Shown here: one piece after another, positions 37,598 through 49,720 of the stretch
Layout of the letters: the number at the start of each line of letters is the position of its first letter
Position numbering within the stretch: the first letter of the stretch is position 1
Source: Camelus dromedarius
Lineage: Eukaryota
Length of the DNA stretch: 64,000 nucleotides
NCBI RefSeq assembly: GCF_036321535.1
Contig: NC_087472.1
Location: 101,744,001-101,808,000, forward strand
Direction: 5' to 3'
Notes under the pieces: model-generated
The model's input: the letters and a program-made list of their open reading frames with translations, nothing else
Database searches by the model: none
What the model was told of the DNA's origin: nothing
Translations under genes and position numbers: made by a program

Positions 37598-40008
37598 CTC
37601 TAAAATACACCCACAAATGAAGGGGACACGGGATGGGGATGCACTCCCCACTTCCGGTTTCTTCCCTAAATTCAAATCAAACTTTCAATTACAAAACAGA
37701 AGTCATGCTGGCCAAATCTCATCCCATGAGGGCATCATTTGGGATGAGTAGAAATGTGTTTCTGCTTTCCAGTCATTCTTAGGAAGATTCCATGTACAAA
37801 TGACTATTTTCCTTCCATCCACCCTCTCCCTCTCTTCCCCGACTACTCCTCTCAACCTGACCTCATAAGTGATGCTCCACAGCCAGCCGAGCTGGAGGGC
37901 CACGACTCTAGAAGCAATTCCTAAAAGGGGTAAAACGTCTTGGGTCCGGCAGATCTCCATTCTGTCTAAATAGCATGTGAACAATCCAGGCTATTCTCTG
38001 AACCAGCCCCAAATCCCTACAGAGCTTGCTTTCTTGGCAGTCAGCGAGACTATCACTGTCTGTGCTTTCGTTATCCTCTCTTAGATCTTAATCATTCACA
38101 GACATTCCTATTTTCCATGTTTGTGGGGAGGGAAAAAAAAAAAACGAAAAAATACCTTTCTCATCAAAAGCCTCCAGAAATCAGAATTTACAGAAACTGC
38201 ATTTTATTGGTCATCTGGCCTAATCCTTCAGGGACTCTTGCAAAATTGTTCCCTGGGGCGGATTCAACGGGTGCAGCCAAGTTTTAAATGTCTACAAAGA
38301 TGAGATCGCCCATAAATTCGCAAATGTCAAACGGAACTAACTCTCTGATGTGTGTATCATATGCAAAGAATTAAAAAGGATCAGGAAATAGTTCCTGGAA
38401 ACAGAAATATAAGTCTTGACATTTGCTCATTAAATTATTTAAAACTCCATAACCAAAAACAGGGTGGGGAGGGGAGTCTTATCTCAGGAATTGAGAGCCT
38501 AAGATGCAAGGAACTTGCCAAATGACATTAAAAGGCTGAACAGTCCCGTGTGCTGATTTTAAAAGAAACAGGGATGCTGGGTGGTACTGCAGTGACAACC
38601 TCCCCCTACTCCCTCAGGGAGGTCCCCCAGGATGGTGGTCCCAGTGGGTCATCCTTAACCACAAAGAAACATGACTAAGAGCAGAAGCGAGTGGTTAGGG
38701 CTCTTTTAAGCTGGTCGCCACCTAGCCTCTTCCTGGCACTTGCCATGCTTCGTGTTTAATTTCAAAGTGAAACCCAAACACACGCAGGAACATCCAGGGG
38801 ACAGTGTGCGCGTGAGATTGCTCCTCTGGTCTGAGCCCAGCTGGCCCAAGTCTCCTGGTTGTGTAAGGTCCTGGGAGGAAGGCGAAATGCTGCTCTCTCT
38901 GTTTCCAAACAGAACAGCCTGCTCATTCATGCGGGAAAGTCAAATGAGCAGCAAAGCAAAGGCAAGACATTTCGAAATCGCTGCTTTTCATTCTTTTTTT
39001 GTTTGTTTGTTTTTACCATAAAAGCTTCCCCCAAAGAAGCCCTCCAGGCTGCAGACGGGAGAATGTGCAGTGAGGAACCAAGGCGATCCCCACGTGTTTT
39101 TCTTCTCTGAGGCCCTGAGAAGTCAGGGAGAGCCAAGAGCTGCCTTCATTCCCATAATCCAGACCATCGCGAAGTGCAGTCATGTTTAATAGCACAGTAC
39201 GGCTTTCACAACACACCGCCCCTTCACCAGCTGACCTATCAGAACAGCTGGGTTTTCCAGGAGGCACTGGTACAGTGCAGGAAGCCTGCCTGCTGCCACA
39301 TGGTAACAATAACCACAACCCTAACAAAACCCATGATGCTTATCAAGCGCTTGCTCAAGGTACAATGCTTACTGCTTTATCCACCTCTCACATCACCGCC
39401 GCAAAAGTCTACCAAAACCAAGCAGCAGACAAAGTAACCTGGGCAAAAGTAACACAGCTGCGAAATGAAGTCAAGTTGGGACCCCAGGTCTCAGCTGGCT
39501 CAGAAGCAGGTGCTTAGAATCAGAGGTCCTCAGAGTTTGTGTTCAAATCATCCAGGCCCAGGCTGGGGGGATTGCCTGTACATCAGTCGTTTTGAAAGCT
39601 CCCCAGATGACTCTTGGGTGCAACCCAGTTTGAGAACCAATGTCACCAACTACCACTCTTCATGGTCTCTTCAGAAAAGAAAGGAGAATCGAGTAGGCTG
39701 GGCCCAGCTAGGTCTCTGTTCAGGACATCAGAAAATCCATGTGGAGAGCAAACAGGCATCTTTCAGCAGATGGAAGGATTTCGGAAAGGCCAAAGGTCAG
39801 CAGCAGCCAGCCTGACAGGAGTTACTGCTACAAGAGGCCTCAGGGACTCCTGTTTGGTGTGTCCAGAGTGAAAGTGAACTCCAGCAGGACACTTGGGAAA
39901 ATGAGGTGGGCTATGCCAGCTACCAGCTAACCTTGGACCATAGCCACTCAGGCACTGCTTGCATAGATGGGAGTTCGTGATGCTCTTTACTACAGCATCT
40001 TTTGCTGC

Positions 40009-40393
40009 TGTTATGGGTTGTATTATTGTTCTCACCCTTATCCCTGCAGAGGATTGACACATCCCCATCTCTGCTCTGTTGAACTCAAAGATGACTCGGC
40101 CACATGACTTGCTTCTGCCAATTAAGTGTAAGCAAAAATGTTGTGTCACTTCTGTACATATTAAAAGCAAGTGCATGATAGCCGTTTTCTCTTCCCCCAT
40201 CTACCACTTGGACCAGTGGTATTCTAGGCAGACACTGATCACATCAGCCTCAGTCCTGGAGGAAAGGTGATGTAGGACAGAGCTGCAGCTGATCCATGAC
40301 AGACATTTTTCATGAGCAGGAAATAAACTTTCACTGTTGTAAGCCACTGAGCTTTGGGGGTCACTTGTTACCAGGCCTATCCTGAATGATACA
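40009..40393 (+). mobile_element. MaLR solo LTR, MLT1I-like
   Basis: TG...CA ends, ggccacatgacttgcttctgccaat, and aaataaactttcactgttgtaagccactgagctttgggggtcacttgttac...cctatcctgaatgataca. Confidence 0.8.
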
Positions 40394-41821
40394 ATCAACC
40401 ACCTGCAGAATACTCTGATTTCATCTACTCTCTAAAGTGGATGAAACACACCCACACATTCCCTTTTCTGTGAAAATCTTCCCAGGAGGAAGGGATCGAG
40501 ACATCCAATATTAGTTCTCCTCCCCTGACACCTTAAATCCTTTCTGAGACTAGAAAGGGCCTAACTGAAATTAAATTAAAATAAATGGATTTTCTCTCTT
40601 ACAAGTGCATTATAAACAAACAGCACCTGAAACCAGATGCATATATGCCCCACTTCTCTCTCCCTGGTCCTCCAATTCTCCACCAAAAAAGCGAGGGTTC
40701 ATTTCCAACACAAACAGCCTCAACCCCAGAGATGCTGATTTAATTGGGCTAGAATTGGGCCTCGGCATCAGCATTTAAAAAAATATGTCCCAATGTCTCT
40801 AATGGGCATCCTGGACTGGAATCTAATCCCACTTCCCTTTCTTACCCCGAAGGCCCAGAGGAATGGAGGTCAAAGAGCCAGTTAATGGCAGAGGTCAAGA
40901 CTAAAACCTTTCATCCATGATCTTCTCACTAGAGTGTATTGTTTCTCAATGATTATGAGTGTTTTTCTAGAAGAGCCACTTGCCACCATGGGTTTAATTA
41001 ACAGAAAGATGATAATACCAATGGTGAGTGTTCTAGTTGGCCTGTCGGAGTGTTCAAGGGCACTTATGTGCATTTTATTCATCAATCAAGGACTGTTGTC
41101 TTCTACTAGAATGATACACAAAACGTACTTGTTCTCCAAGACTTTAATAAAACAACCCTGTACTTTTCTGAGCTGATGTCTTTCATGAAGTTCCGTGCCA
41201 TTATTAGACAAGCATGGGAGCGCTGCTGGATTTCTGAGCTAGCTACACAACAATCTTGTCTGCTTTTAAGGCTGTAGATCCATATACTCCCATTGCTGAG
41301 TTAATATATATATATACACATATATAAAGCATAAGTTTATATATGATTATATTATAGCATCTAACTGTTCATTCAATCACACTGGGCCAAAATGGTAGTT
41401 ATGTGAATGGTGAAAGGTCAGCCAAAGAAAGGTATCACATAGACACAAGTGAAACATTCATCCCTTCCTGTACACTTGTACTGAATTCTCAATCCAATGA
41501 AAATGTGTGCATAGACAACAAAAACGGTGTGTGTGTGTATGTGTGTGTTTGTAAGTTAAATCCCCTTTCAAGAAGATTTATTAGCAGTTAAATATTGTTG
41601 GGTGTGCAAAGAAGTGTATAAATGCTTGGGCCCATTTGCAGAAGCCTGCCCCCAGACAGAAGTAGCCACAGAAATCCATCAAAATACAGAGAACATTTAA
41701 CGTTTCTCTCTGACTTGAGCCAAGTAGGAATGGAAAACTGTGTTTCTGCCTTTTCAAAAATCACTCAAACTCACTCCTCAATGCCTAAGAGTTCTCACCA
41801 AGTATTCGCCAAGGCCACTAT

Positions 41822-42044
41822 CAGCACTGCCCAGTATGATGGCCACTAGCCACACGTGGCTTTGGAACAACTGAAACATGGCTTGTCTGAATTGAGAAAT
41901 AATTAAGTGTAAAATATACAACAGATCTCAAAGGCTTAGTACAAAAGAAAAATGTAAAATATCTCATTAATAATATTTTCTAGTGATAACATATTAAAAT
42001 TATAATATTTTAGATAATATTTTAGATACCACTGGACAGTGCTG
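41822..42044. mobile_element. MER33/MER3-type hAT MITE with visible TIRs
   Basis: Terminal inverted repeats cagcactgcccagt (41822-41835) and actggacagtgctg (42031-42044), 13/14 match; internal ggccactagccacacgtggc. Confidence 0.85.
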
Positions 42045-42139
42045 GCCTAACAGAATCATTTTAATGTTTCTTCCACTTGGTTCACATCAGAGGTGACAAA
42101 CTGTTGACTACACTTGAGGAAGTCAAGGCAGAATAATAC

Positions 42140-42350
42140 TCTTGTTAAGAACCCAGACTGCCTGGGTTCCAATTGTAGCTTGGCCACCTGGACATCTGTG
42201 CATCCCTGGTATTTAACCTCATCTGGAAAATGCTAACCATCATACTTCTACCCCACAGAGTTGTTGTGAGGATTAAATGAACAAAATAAACGTATGACAT
42301 TTGGAACAGCATGGCAGGTTCGAGTGCTCAATAGATATTAGGCATGATAA
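42140..42350 (+). mobile_element. MIR SINE
   Basis: cagactgcctgggttccaat...agagttgttgtgaggattaaatga...gtgctcaata. Confidence 0.75.
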
Positions 42351-43238
42351 TTATCCAAACCATCTTGACATTTCAATAATTTTAAAAGATCCCAAAGGTT
42401 TTCCAGACTTTAACAGGCAATAGGTGAAAGAGGTTCCACATTCAAGCTGGAGCACACACAAAACATTTTAATAATCAACATGAACTCATAAAATATCACT
42501 GAGTATCACTCAAAACATCCTTCTTTGTCCCTTATCTGACATACCTTATCACTGAATAACAGGCTTATAATGTAGATACACATTCCTTGGAATATAACAT
42601 AGACACTTTGAATTTCAGAACTGGAAGATGAATATCATTCATGCTGTACATGAATTCCCAGTCCTCAAAAATTCATGGCACAATAGAATACTCCCAATGC
42701 CGAAATGATACTAACCCCTCTTTGATGATTTAGAAGGCACTTCCAGATCTTTCAGTAAGCAAGGGTCAAGAACAAATGAAGCACTGAAGTACCAGGGCAG
42801 GCACTGTCCTAGGTGGCAAATAGGGCTAGCTTTCACTGTATCATGTACGTATGTGTCAGTTATGTAATAAAAATTGACTATGTCTGACCAAAAAATCTAC
42901 ACACCCTGACAGAGAAGCCCACTTCTGCATCTCCAAATTTGTGGTATTTGCTCTAAGTGTGCAAGGGCCCTTAATCTCTAGGATGACTTGAGCTGACCTG
43001 ATTTACAATTCCACTCCTGGACGCTGAAGAAGGCATCTTTAAGGGTTAGCTCTCACCCCCACCACCCTGACTCCCCCTATGTGAAGGAGCCAGTCAGTCC
43101 AACGTGGACCCTTCTACTCATCCAGAGAACTTTGTTACTTCTAAACCACCCAGATGTGAAGAAACCAAGGAGAATAATGACAAAGCAAACAGCCCTATAA
43201 GGGCAGCTGATTCTGGAGAAATCCCTAAGGGTCCAAAC

Positions 43239-43438
43239 CAAAGCTTCTCAATCTTGGCATCATTGACATCTGGAGTGTGGTGGGGCTATCCTGAGCACTG
43301 TAGTATGTTCAGCAGAATCCCTGGCCTCTACCTACTAGATGTCAGTAACACCCCCAGTAAGTTATGACAATCAAAATGTCTCCAGACATGGCCAAATATT
43401 CCCTGTGGGGCACAAATGGCCCCTGTCGAGACTCACTG
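43239..43438. mobile_element. MER20 hAT MITE with 8-bp TSD
   Basis: atgttcagcagaatccctggcctctacctactagatgtcagta...gacaatcaaaatgtctccagacat. TSD gtccaaac (43231-43238) / gtctaaac (43439-43446). Confidence 0.88.
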
Positions 43439-43446
43439 GTCTAAAC

Positions 43447-43635
43447 CTTTGAGTTTCAACTTTGAGTGCACATAAACATCACTGGGTAGTTTGTAGAAAA
43501 GGTAGATCTCTGAGCCCCATTCCCAAGATATTTTGATTCAGGAGGTCTGGGTGGAGCCCAAGGAGCTGTGTTTATAACAAGCTCCCTAGGGTTTCTGACG
43601 TGGGTGGTCTGAAGTCCACACTCTGAAAAACACTG
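43447..43635. mobile_element. MER5-family MITE abutting MER20
   Basis: tttcaactttgagtgcacata...ttgattcaggaggtctgggtggagccca...taacaagctccc...ccacactctgaaaaacactg. Confidence 0.75.
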
Positions 43636-44799
43636 ATCTTGCAGCCTGGGTGCACGCCCAGGTCAAAAATCAAGGCTACAGAAAGTATGAACTTGAAACC
43701 AAAGCAAGACCAGTTAAACAAATAAGCCATGTGTTTTATAAGTTGCTTGCCTGTATAGAGCTACATGTGGGAGAAATCAGGTATGGAGATGAAAGAAGTT
43801 GTAGAACAGAAAAAGAACCCATTTGTCATCTACCACGGGAAATTAAGAGCGAGCTAAGCTCAAGCTGTCACTTTATCTCCTGGGAAGCACTGAATGCAGG
43901 TGAATAATACATCTACCAAGGTTCTATGTTAATCATTCTTTTTTTTCCTAATAAAGGAAGGAGCGGAGCATTTGCAGAATTCTCCTCCAGCTCATAATAA
44001 TCTGACATTTGATTTTAGGTGGAAATCAGTTCCAAGAAACTGCAAATAGGCAACCAAGATTTTCTGGACTTCAACAACAGGGTCACAGCCCTCCAGTGAG
44101 TTACAAGATAATGAGTGGGTGAGACCATATGGCTTGGGGTGCAGAGCCTCCTGTGGGGGACATTAGGGCTGGAGACGCCACTCCCTACATCCAGCCACAC
44201 TCTCTGTTGAACTCCTCTGGGTGTGAAGGGGCTTGTGTTTTGCTATCACCTTTGTTCGATACGAGAAAAATCCAATTAAAACATAAAACCACCAGAAAGC
44301 TGCCATTACTAGGTATCTTACTTTAGGTTTAGAAATAAGCCGCCCAACAATGAAGCTGGTGCAAGTACAGCTAGCTGTTCTGCTTTAATGCTTGTCTCAA
44401 AGACGCAAATTTGTTCCAAACTGATTGATATATTAGGGGAAAAGACCTGAATCACACAAATTTTGCATCTGCTGATGTGCGATTTTCTGCAAGAAACGGT
44501 AGACAAATGCGGAAGAGAGCACCTAGCTGAATGGAGCCACATTTACAAAATGCACACACCTCAAATGTTTACCAGCTCCCTCACTTCACCTGAGGAGCCC
44601 CGACCATCCACACCTGGGGTGACAGGCGTCCGTCTGATTGCGGACAATCCTCCATCTACCCCTTCACAGTAACTCACAAGTTGCCACCCTTCTGACATTC
44701 ACTTCTGCAAGCCACCTGCAGGGTTTTTTCTAGGTAGAGTACCAGAGCTATTATGGTACTTATGCATTTCTTAACCAAATAACATGTGCAAAACTGTGC

Positions 44800-44967
44800 T
44801 ACCATTTTTATTAGGTCCCCATCTTATTTTTTATGTGCTACTAAGTTTTTAAGAGGTGTGCCCCTAATCTCATTTATCCTCTAAGCCTTGTGGTCTTTAT
44901 TGCATAATTTTGCACAGCATGGTGATTTTCTAGGAACTCATGTCATGTTATAGTGGAACTGACTGTA
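44800..44967. mobile_element. Tigger (TcMar) terminal fragment, Tigger13a-like
   Basis: Ends ttttctaggaac...gttatagtggaactgactg|TA, resembling a Tigger TIR plus TA target site. Confidence 0.5.
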
Positions 44968-45295
44968 GAAAATTTGAGAAGCAAGGGAATACTGGTAAGG
45001 ACACGAGGAAGCAAGACAGGACAGAAAGGCAGCCTGTAAAGAGAGCCGTGACATGCACATTACTACTGTGGGAGACTGGAGTTCAAACCCACTGGGAAAT
45101 GCTGGGCAATGGTGCAAGATACAGCTCAGATTCGTGCTACCTGAGAGGCGATGGAGCTGGGGTATTTATATACCAACTCCTCCACAGTCCTGGTTGAGGG
45201 CTGCTCCTGGGGGTGTTAATTCCACCCTGCTGAGCCCTCAGGAAGGCAAGAAGCACTGAAGTGGTAAGACCCAAGGGACATGAGTCATCTCTCTA
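44968..45295 (-). mobile_element. LTR16-family solo LTR
   Basis: tactactgtgggagactggagttca...ggagctggggtatttatataccaactcc...ggttgagggctgctcctgggggtgttaattcc. Confidence 0.75.
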
Positions 45296-45380
45296 GGAGC
45301 CATGAAGGCAAAAAAGGGAAAAACACTGCAGAAGAAAAGAAGACAAGAGCGTGGGATTGCACAAAGCCTTGGGCTATAAA

Positions 45381-45580
45381 CCAGTGTCTTCCAAGCATTC
45401 CTGGTACTAGGAATCACCTAAGGCTTGTTAATATACAGATGCCTGGGGCTCACCCTCATCGATGAATCAAATTCTCCAGAGGAAGAGCTAGGGAACTTCT
45501 TTCTGGTGAACAACACTCCCTCTCCAACACTGCCACCCTCCTAAGATGACTGTGTCATCAGCAAGCCTCGGAAACAGCAC
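45381..45580. mobile_element. MER117/MER5-like hAT MITE
   Basis: cagtgtcttccaag...aggaatcacctaaggcttgttaatatacagatgcctgggg...gaatcaaattctccag. Confidence 0.55.
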
Positions 45581-47174
45581 CAAACCAATAAGCCACTTGC
45601 TCTGCCAGATTCTGACTGGCCAGAGAAATTCCCACACTGAGCCCCAGGGACGGAAGAGGGACTAGAAATCATGGTGGCAGAGGCCTGAGGTGATGCTCAG
45701 CCCCGCCACCCTGCCACTGCATTCACTCTCAGAAGATAATGAGGTGGCAGGCCAGCTGTGGTAGTTCATCTCTTCCCTTCATCTTCCACAGCAGTAAGTG
45801 GCTTGTGGAGAGCAAGAGACCAGGCACGCAGGCCTCCTGTCCAAGGTCACATCCTGCCCACCCACAAGCAAGGTCACTTAAGGCCCCAGAATAGCTTCTC
45901 TCATCCTCGAGATAACTCAGCTTCAGGAAATTGCTGGACATTTAATCTCCTAGAGATTAGAGCCAAGGCAATCCCACCTCACTACTGTGGTTGGGCACCG
46001 AGCTAGAAGTCTGTAGACAACCAGCCCATCTACCACCAGGGTCAGTCTCTGGTGCATTAGTTTCAATTCTTGATTTTTCTTTAACCCTAAAGATGGCTCA
46101 TTTCCGAGCCTGGTACAGTGAACAGACCCTATATCTATGAAATGAAAAGAAATAACTTGATGGAAAAAGTTGCTCTGGAGATGGTAAGTAAATAAACCTA
46201 TGCCATCAGTTAAATTGGCCATCGAAGCCTTACGGCTGCATCAAAAAAGTCCAAAAATAAAACGTCAGAGTAATGAGGCCGGAGTTTATTTTTACATGCA
46301 CCAGTGTATGACTCAGAAGGGCAGAATCGTCCCTCATGGCGAAGGGGAGAGGGAGAGACCAGCCACTCAGGCTCCTTTGGGAAAATCTAAACAGCTTCAC
46401 CACTCAATTTATAATCTCACTACTTAAGCACCACCTCGGCTGCTGCTATAGAAACAGCGCTAACCTTGGCTGCGTGTTTGTATTAGGCGTCTTGGAAAGC
46501 AGTCCTTTCCCCATTGCTCATTAATGGCAGTTCATCACATGGAACCCATCTCCATGTGACACCTGAACAAATATGCCAACAGTAGAGGAGGAGGTGGGTA
46601 GCCACAGCCCAGTAAACTCGTGATGAGCAATGAGACAGACCACCTCTCAGTACTTGGGGTGAACAGCGGTGGGCTTGGCCCTCCAAGGGAAGGCAGAGCA
46701 ATCTGGAAAGTTATAGAAAGTCACCCAGAATTGTTAAGTCCAGCTCTTACTGCCCACCTGATGTCTCTCATTTCCAGGCTCCTTATCTAGAAAAGATGGT
46801 TCATACGACCTGAGAAAGTGGGAAGATAGGGGAAGGTATTTAAAAAGAGTAAAAATAACAGTTATGTGTAGTCAAGGGTAATGTCACCAAGGGTGAACAG
46901 CTTCCAGAGACAAACTCTGAGATAGACTCTGGGGTATGGGCTGCACCATTTGGGGTTAAGAGCTTTTATGACACTTGTTTCAGATACTAAGGGGCTGACG
47001 AGCACATGCTGGCAGGTTACTGTGCACTATTGTACTTCCTGCACGAGCATCGGTACAGACACTAGAGCCGCCTTCTGCTGCGGCTGCTGTTGTCATTGTT
47101 ATGGCATGGCTGCTTTAAAATAACGTTCATTTACTACAACTGGCTTTTGATTTCAAGAAGGCTGTTTGTATAAC

Positions 47175-47400
47175 TGCATGGCACAGCGGAAAGACCAGAT
47201 AAGAACTAGCATAAGCCCTACCTTTAAGCTGTGTGACCCAGAGCAAGTTCCTTAACCTCTCTGAGCCCCAGTTTCTTCATTTGTAAAATGGAGATGAGAG
47301 TCATTAAGCTGGCCCTCCCAACCTCAGATGGTTGTTATAAGGGTCAAATGAAAATCCTCTGCAAAAAAATCTTTTATAAAAGTAACAAGCCATATAGAAT
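47175..47400 (+). mobile_element. MIR SINE
   Basis: gctgtgtgacccagagcaagttccttaacctctctgagccccagtttcttcatttgtaaaatggagat. Confidence 0.85.
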
Positions 47401-47540
47401 CAAATTTGTTATAACTATTACCTGAAGTTCAGGAATAAAGAATGATGCTTCGCAATAACAGTATCTACTGGAGAGCAGTGGAAGCTTTAAAGGGATTCCA
47501 CCTGAACTCCTTCCATTGCCACTAGACTTTCTACATGATT

Positions 47541-47709
47541 TTCTTTTTTTAATGGAGGTACTGGGGATTGAACTCAGGAGCTCATGCTAAGCATGCATGC
47601 TACCTCTGAGCTATCACCCCACCCCCTTTTTTAGATGGAGGTGCTGGGGTTGAACCCAGGACCTTTGCATGGTAAGCATGTGCTCTACCACTGAGTTATA
47701 CCCTCCCCC
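47541..47709 (-). mobile_element. Camelid Vic-1-type tRNA-derived SINE, head-to-tail dimer
   Basis: Reverse complement reads ggggagggtataactcagtggtagagcacatgcttacc...ggtcctgggttcaa..., with A and B boxes, followed by a second monomer and an A-tail. Confidence 0.88.
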
Positions 47710-47930
47710 TACTGCGAGACTATCAATGTCAGTGCTAAGGAGAGTTTGTCATAATTTAGTTCCCTAGGAAGGATCTCAGGGACAGCAGAGCAGCACGGGC
47801 ACAGCAAGCAGCATAACTTAACGCAGTGTTTACACGAAGGCTCTGAGTTTGAATCGTATCTCCAACACTTATTAGCATACTGACTTCCTCTGTACCAAAG
47901 TTTCCGCATAAAAGAATAATTCCAACCTCA

Positions 47931-48461
47931 CATATACCTAAAAGAAATGAAAACTGGTATTCAAACAAGTACATGCACCCGCATGGTCACGCAGCGCTAT
48001 CTGCTGTAGTCAAAAGGTGGAAAGAGCTTGAAGGTACGTCAACGGACGACCAGATTAACCCAACGTGGTCTCTCCATACAGTGGAGTCTTGTTCAGCCAT
48101 CAAAAGGAATGAAGTACTGACACAGGATGCAACGCACGTGAACCGTGACAACAGCATGCTCAGTGAAAGAAGCCAGACACGAAGGGACAAATGTTGTATG
48201 ACTGCCATTCTGTGCAATGCCCACAGAATCAAAACGCAGGCTGGTGGTTACCAGGGCTGGGCGAGGGGGAATGGAGAGCAACTGTTTAATGGCTATGGGG
48301 TTTCCTCTTAGGGTGATGAAAACACTCTGGAACTAGATGGAGGTGGTGGTTGCACAACACGGTAAATGTATTAAATGCTCTGGAATCACTGACTTTAAAA
48401 TGGTTGATTTTGTGTTATGTAAATTTCACCTCAATTAAAAAATACAATTCTAATAATAATT
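47931..48461 (+). mobile_element. Old L1 (L1MB-like) ORF2 C-terminus and 3' UTR inserted in a MIR
   Basis: aaaagaaatgaaaac...aaaaggaatgaagtactga...agtgaaagaagccagacac...ctggaactagatggaggtggtggttgcacaacac. TSD ataattccaacctca (47916-47930) / ataataccaatctca (48462-48476). MIR halves on both flanks. Confidence 0.88.
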
Positions 48462-49569
48462 ATAATACCAATCTCAGGCTTGCAGTGAAGATTAAATGAG
48501 ATGGTGTGTGTAAAATACTTAGCACTATGCTGGCACCAAGCCAACACTCAACCAATGCTGACCTCTATCACTTCTGTCCCTGTCTTTCAGAGAAAGAGGG
48601 CGGAACACTTAGCAAAGCCACACTAGGAGAGATGAACTCAATTCACAATGAATGTCTTTCTTGCCTTCTAGTAAAAAAAGGCTAATCTAACTTGTGCTCC
48701 AAAACCAGGCAAACACACCCCTTTGCCTCACCTGATGAACCCCATAGCTCTCTAGCGGTTTTGTTTCAGTCTTGGCCAAGTGCCAGTATGAACTGTGACC
48801 AGGCACCCCAGGTAGACCACGGTGAACGCAGGCTGGGTCTTCATTCAAACTCCCCATCTACCACGGAAAAAAGCAGCAACTCTATTTTCCTTTCTGAAAG
48901 GGAAAGCCCTTTCTGGCAAGAAGCATGGAGAATCCCCAAAGGCGAAATTTTCCAGAGATTTAAAGACACACCTGGGATGTCTTGCCATTCTTCATTTTTT
49001 CACTTTGATCTTCATTACACGGTGGTGAGGTGTGGTTTTAGGTATTTGTGTTTTTCCAGCTCAAAGAAAAAATCCAGCACAAGTGAAGACCGGGAAAGGT
49101 GTGACAGACAAGTTCACAGGAGCGTACAAGTCACAATAGAAAAGATGTCATCACATAAATACCCCAGATGTCAAAACAGCAATAAACCCATCTCTTCACT
49201 CATTTCATGACTGTTAATGACCCATGAGCTAACTATCCATTTATGAAGTCCATGAAATATGGCATCTGAAGATGTCACATTTTACAAATGAAAGGGTAGA
49301 CATTTTTACACGAGTTTTTTTGTTTGCTGGGTTTTGAGGGATTGTTTGTTTTAGGAAAAAGCCTAATAAGACTAGCCAATGGGTTCATATAAACCCAGAT
49401 ACAGGCTGAAAAAACAACTATAAAACATAATAAGGCATCTGAAAAGTAGACCCTCCATCACATAAGAGTGGTCATCAATTAGGACTGCTGTTTCCCTCAG
49501 TCTTAAGTGTGTCCAGGGGAAGAAACGTCCCAGACTTATCCACTAAAACCAGTGAACCTGAAAAAACTC

Positions 49570-49720
49570 CAGCACATTCCAAAAGGCACAGCTACATCTG
49601 CTTCACAAAATCTAATTTCCAACTAGGACCCCTTGCAAGAGAGTTGGGGAAACGAAGTTTCTAGCTTTCCAGCCTCTCTAGTAAAGTGCAGGAAGGCATG
49701 CCAGAAGGAGGGTGCCAGGT
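49570..49720 (-). mobile_element. MLT1K/L-like LTR fragment
   Basis: ttgcaagagagttggggaaacgaagtttctagctttccagcctct...ggaaggca. Confidence 0.5.

Noticed and set aside
47627..47709. tRNA-like sequence with A and B boxes
   Set aside because: It is a SINE head followed by an A-tail and a second monomer; no intact acceptor stem is evident.
47973..48311. 112-aa ORF resembling a reverse-transcriptase protein tail
   Set aside because: It is the decayed L1 ORF2 C-terminus of the repeat, not a host gene.
48692..49210. 172-aa ORF in unique sequence
   Set aside because: Starts at TTG, has no recognisable domain and no convincing exon boundaries; compatible with chance.
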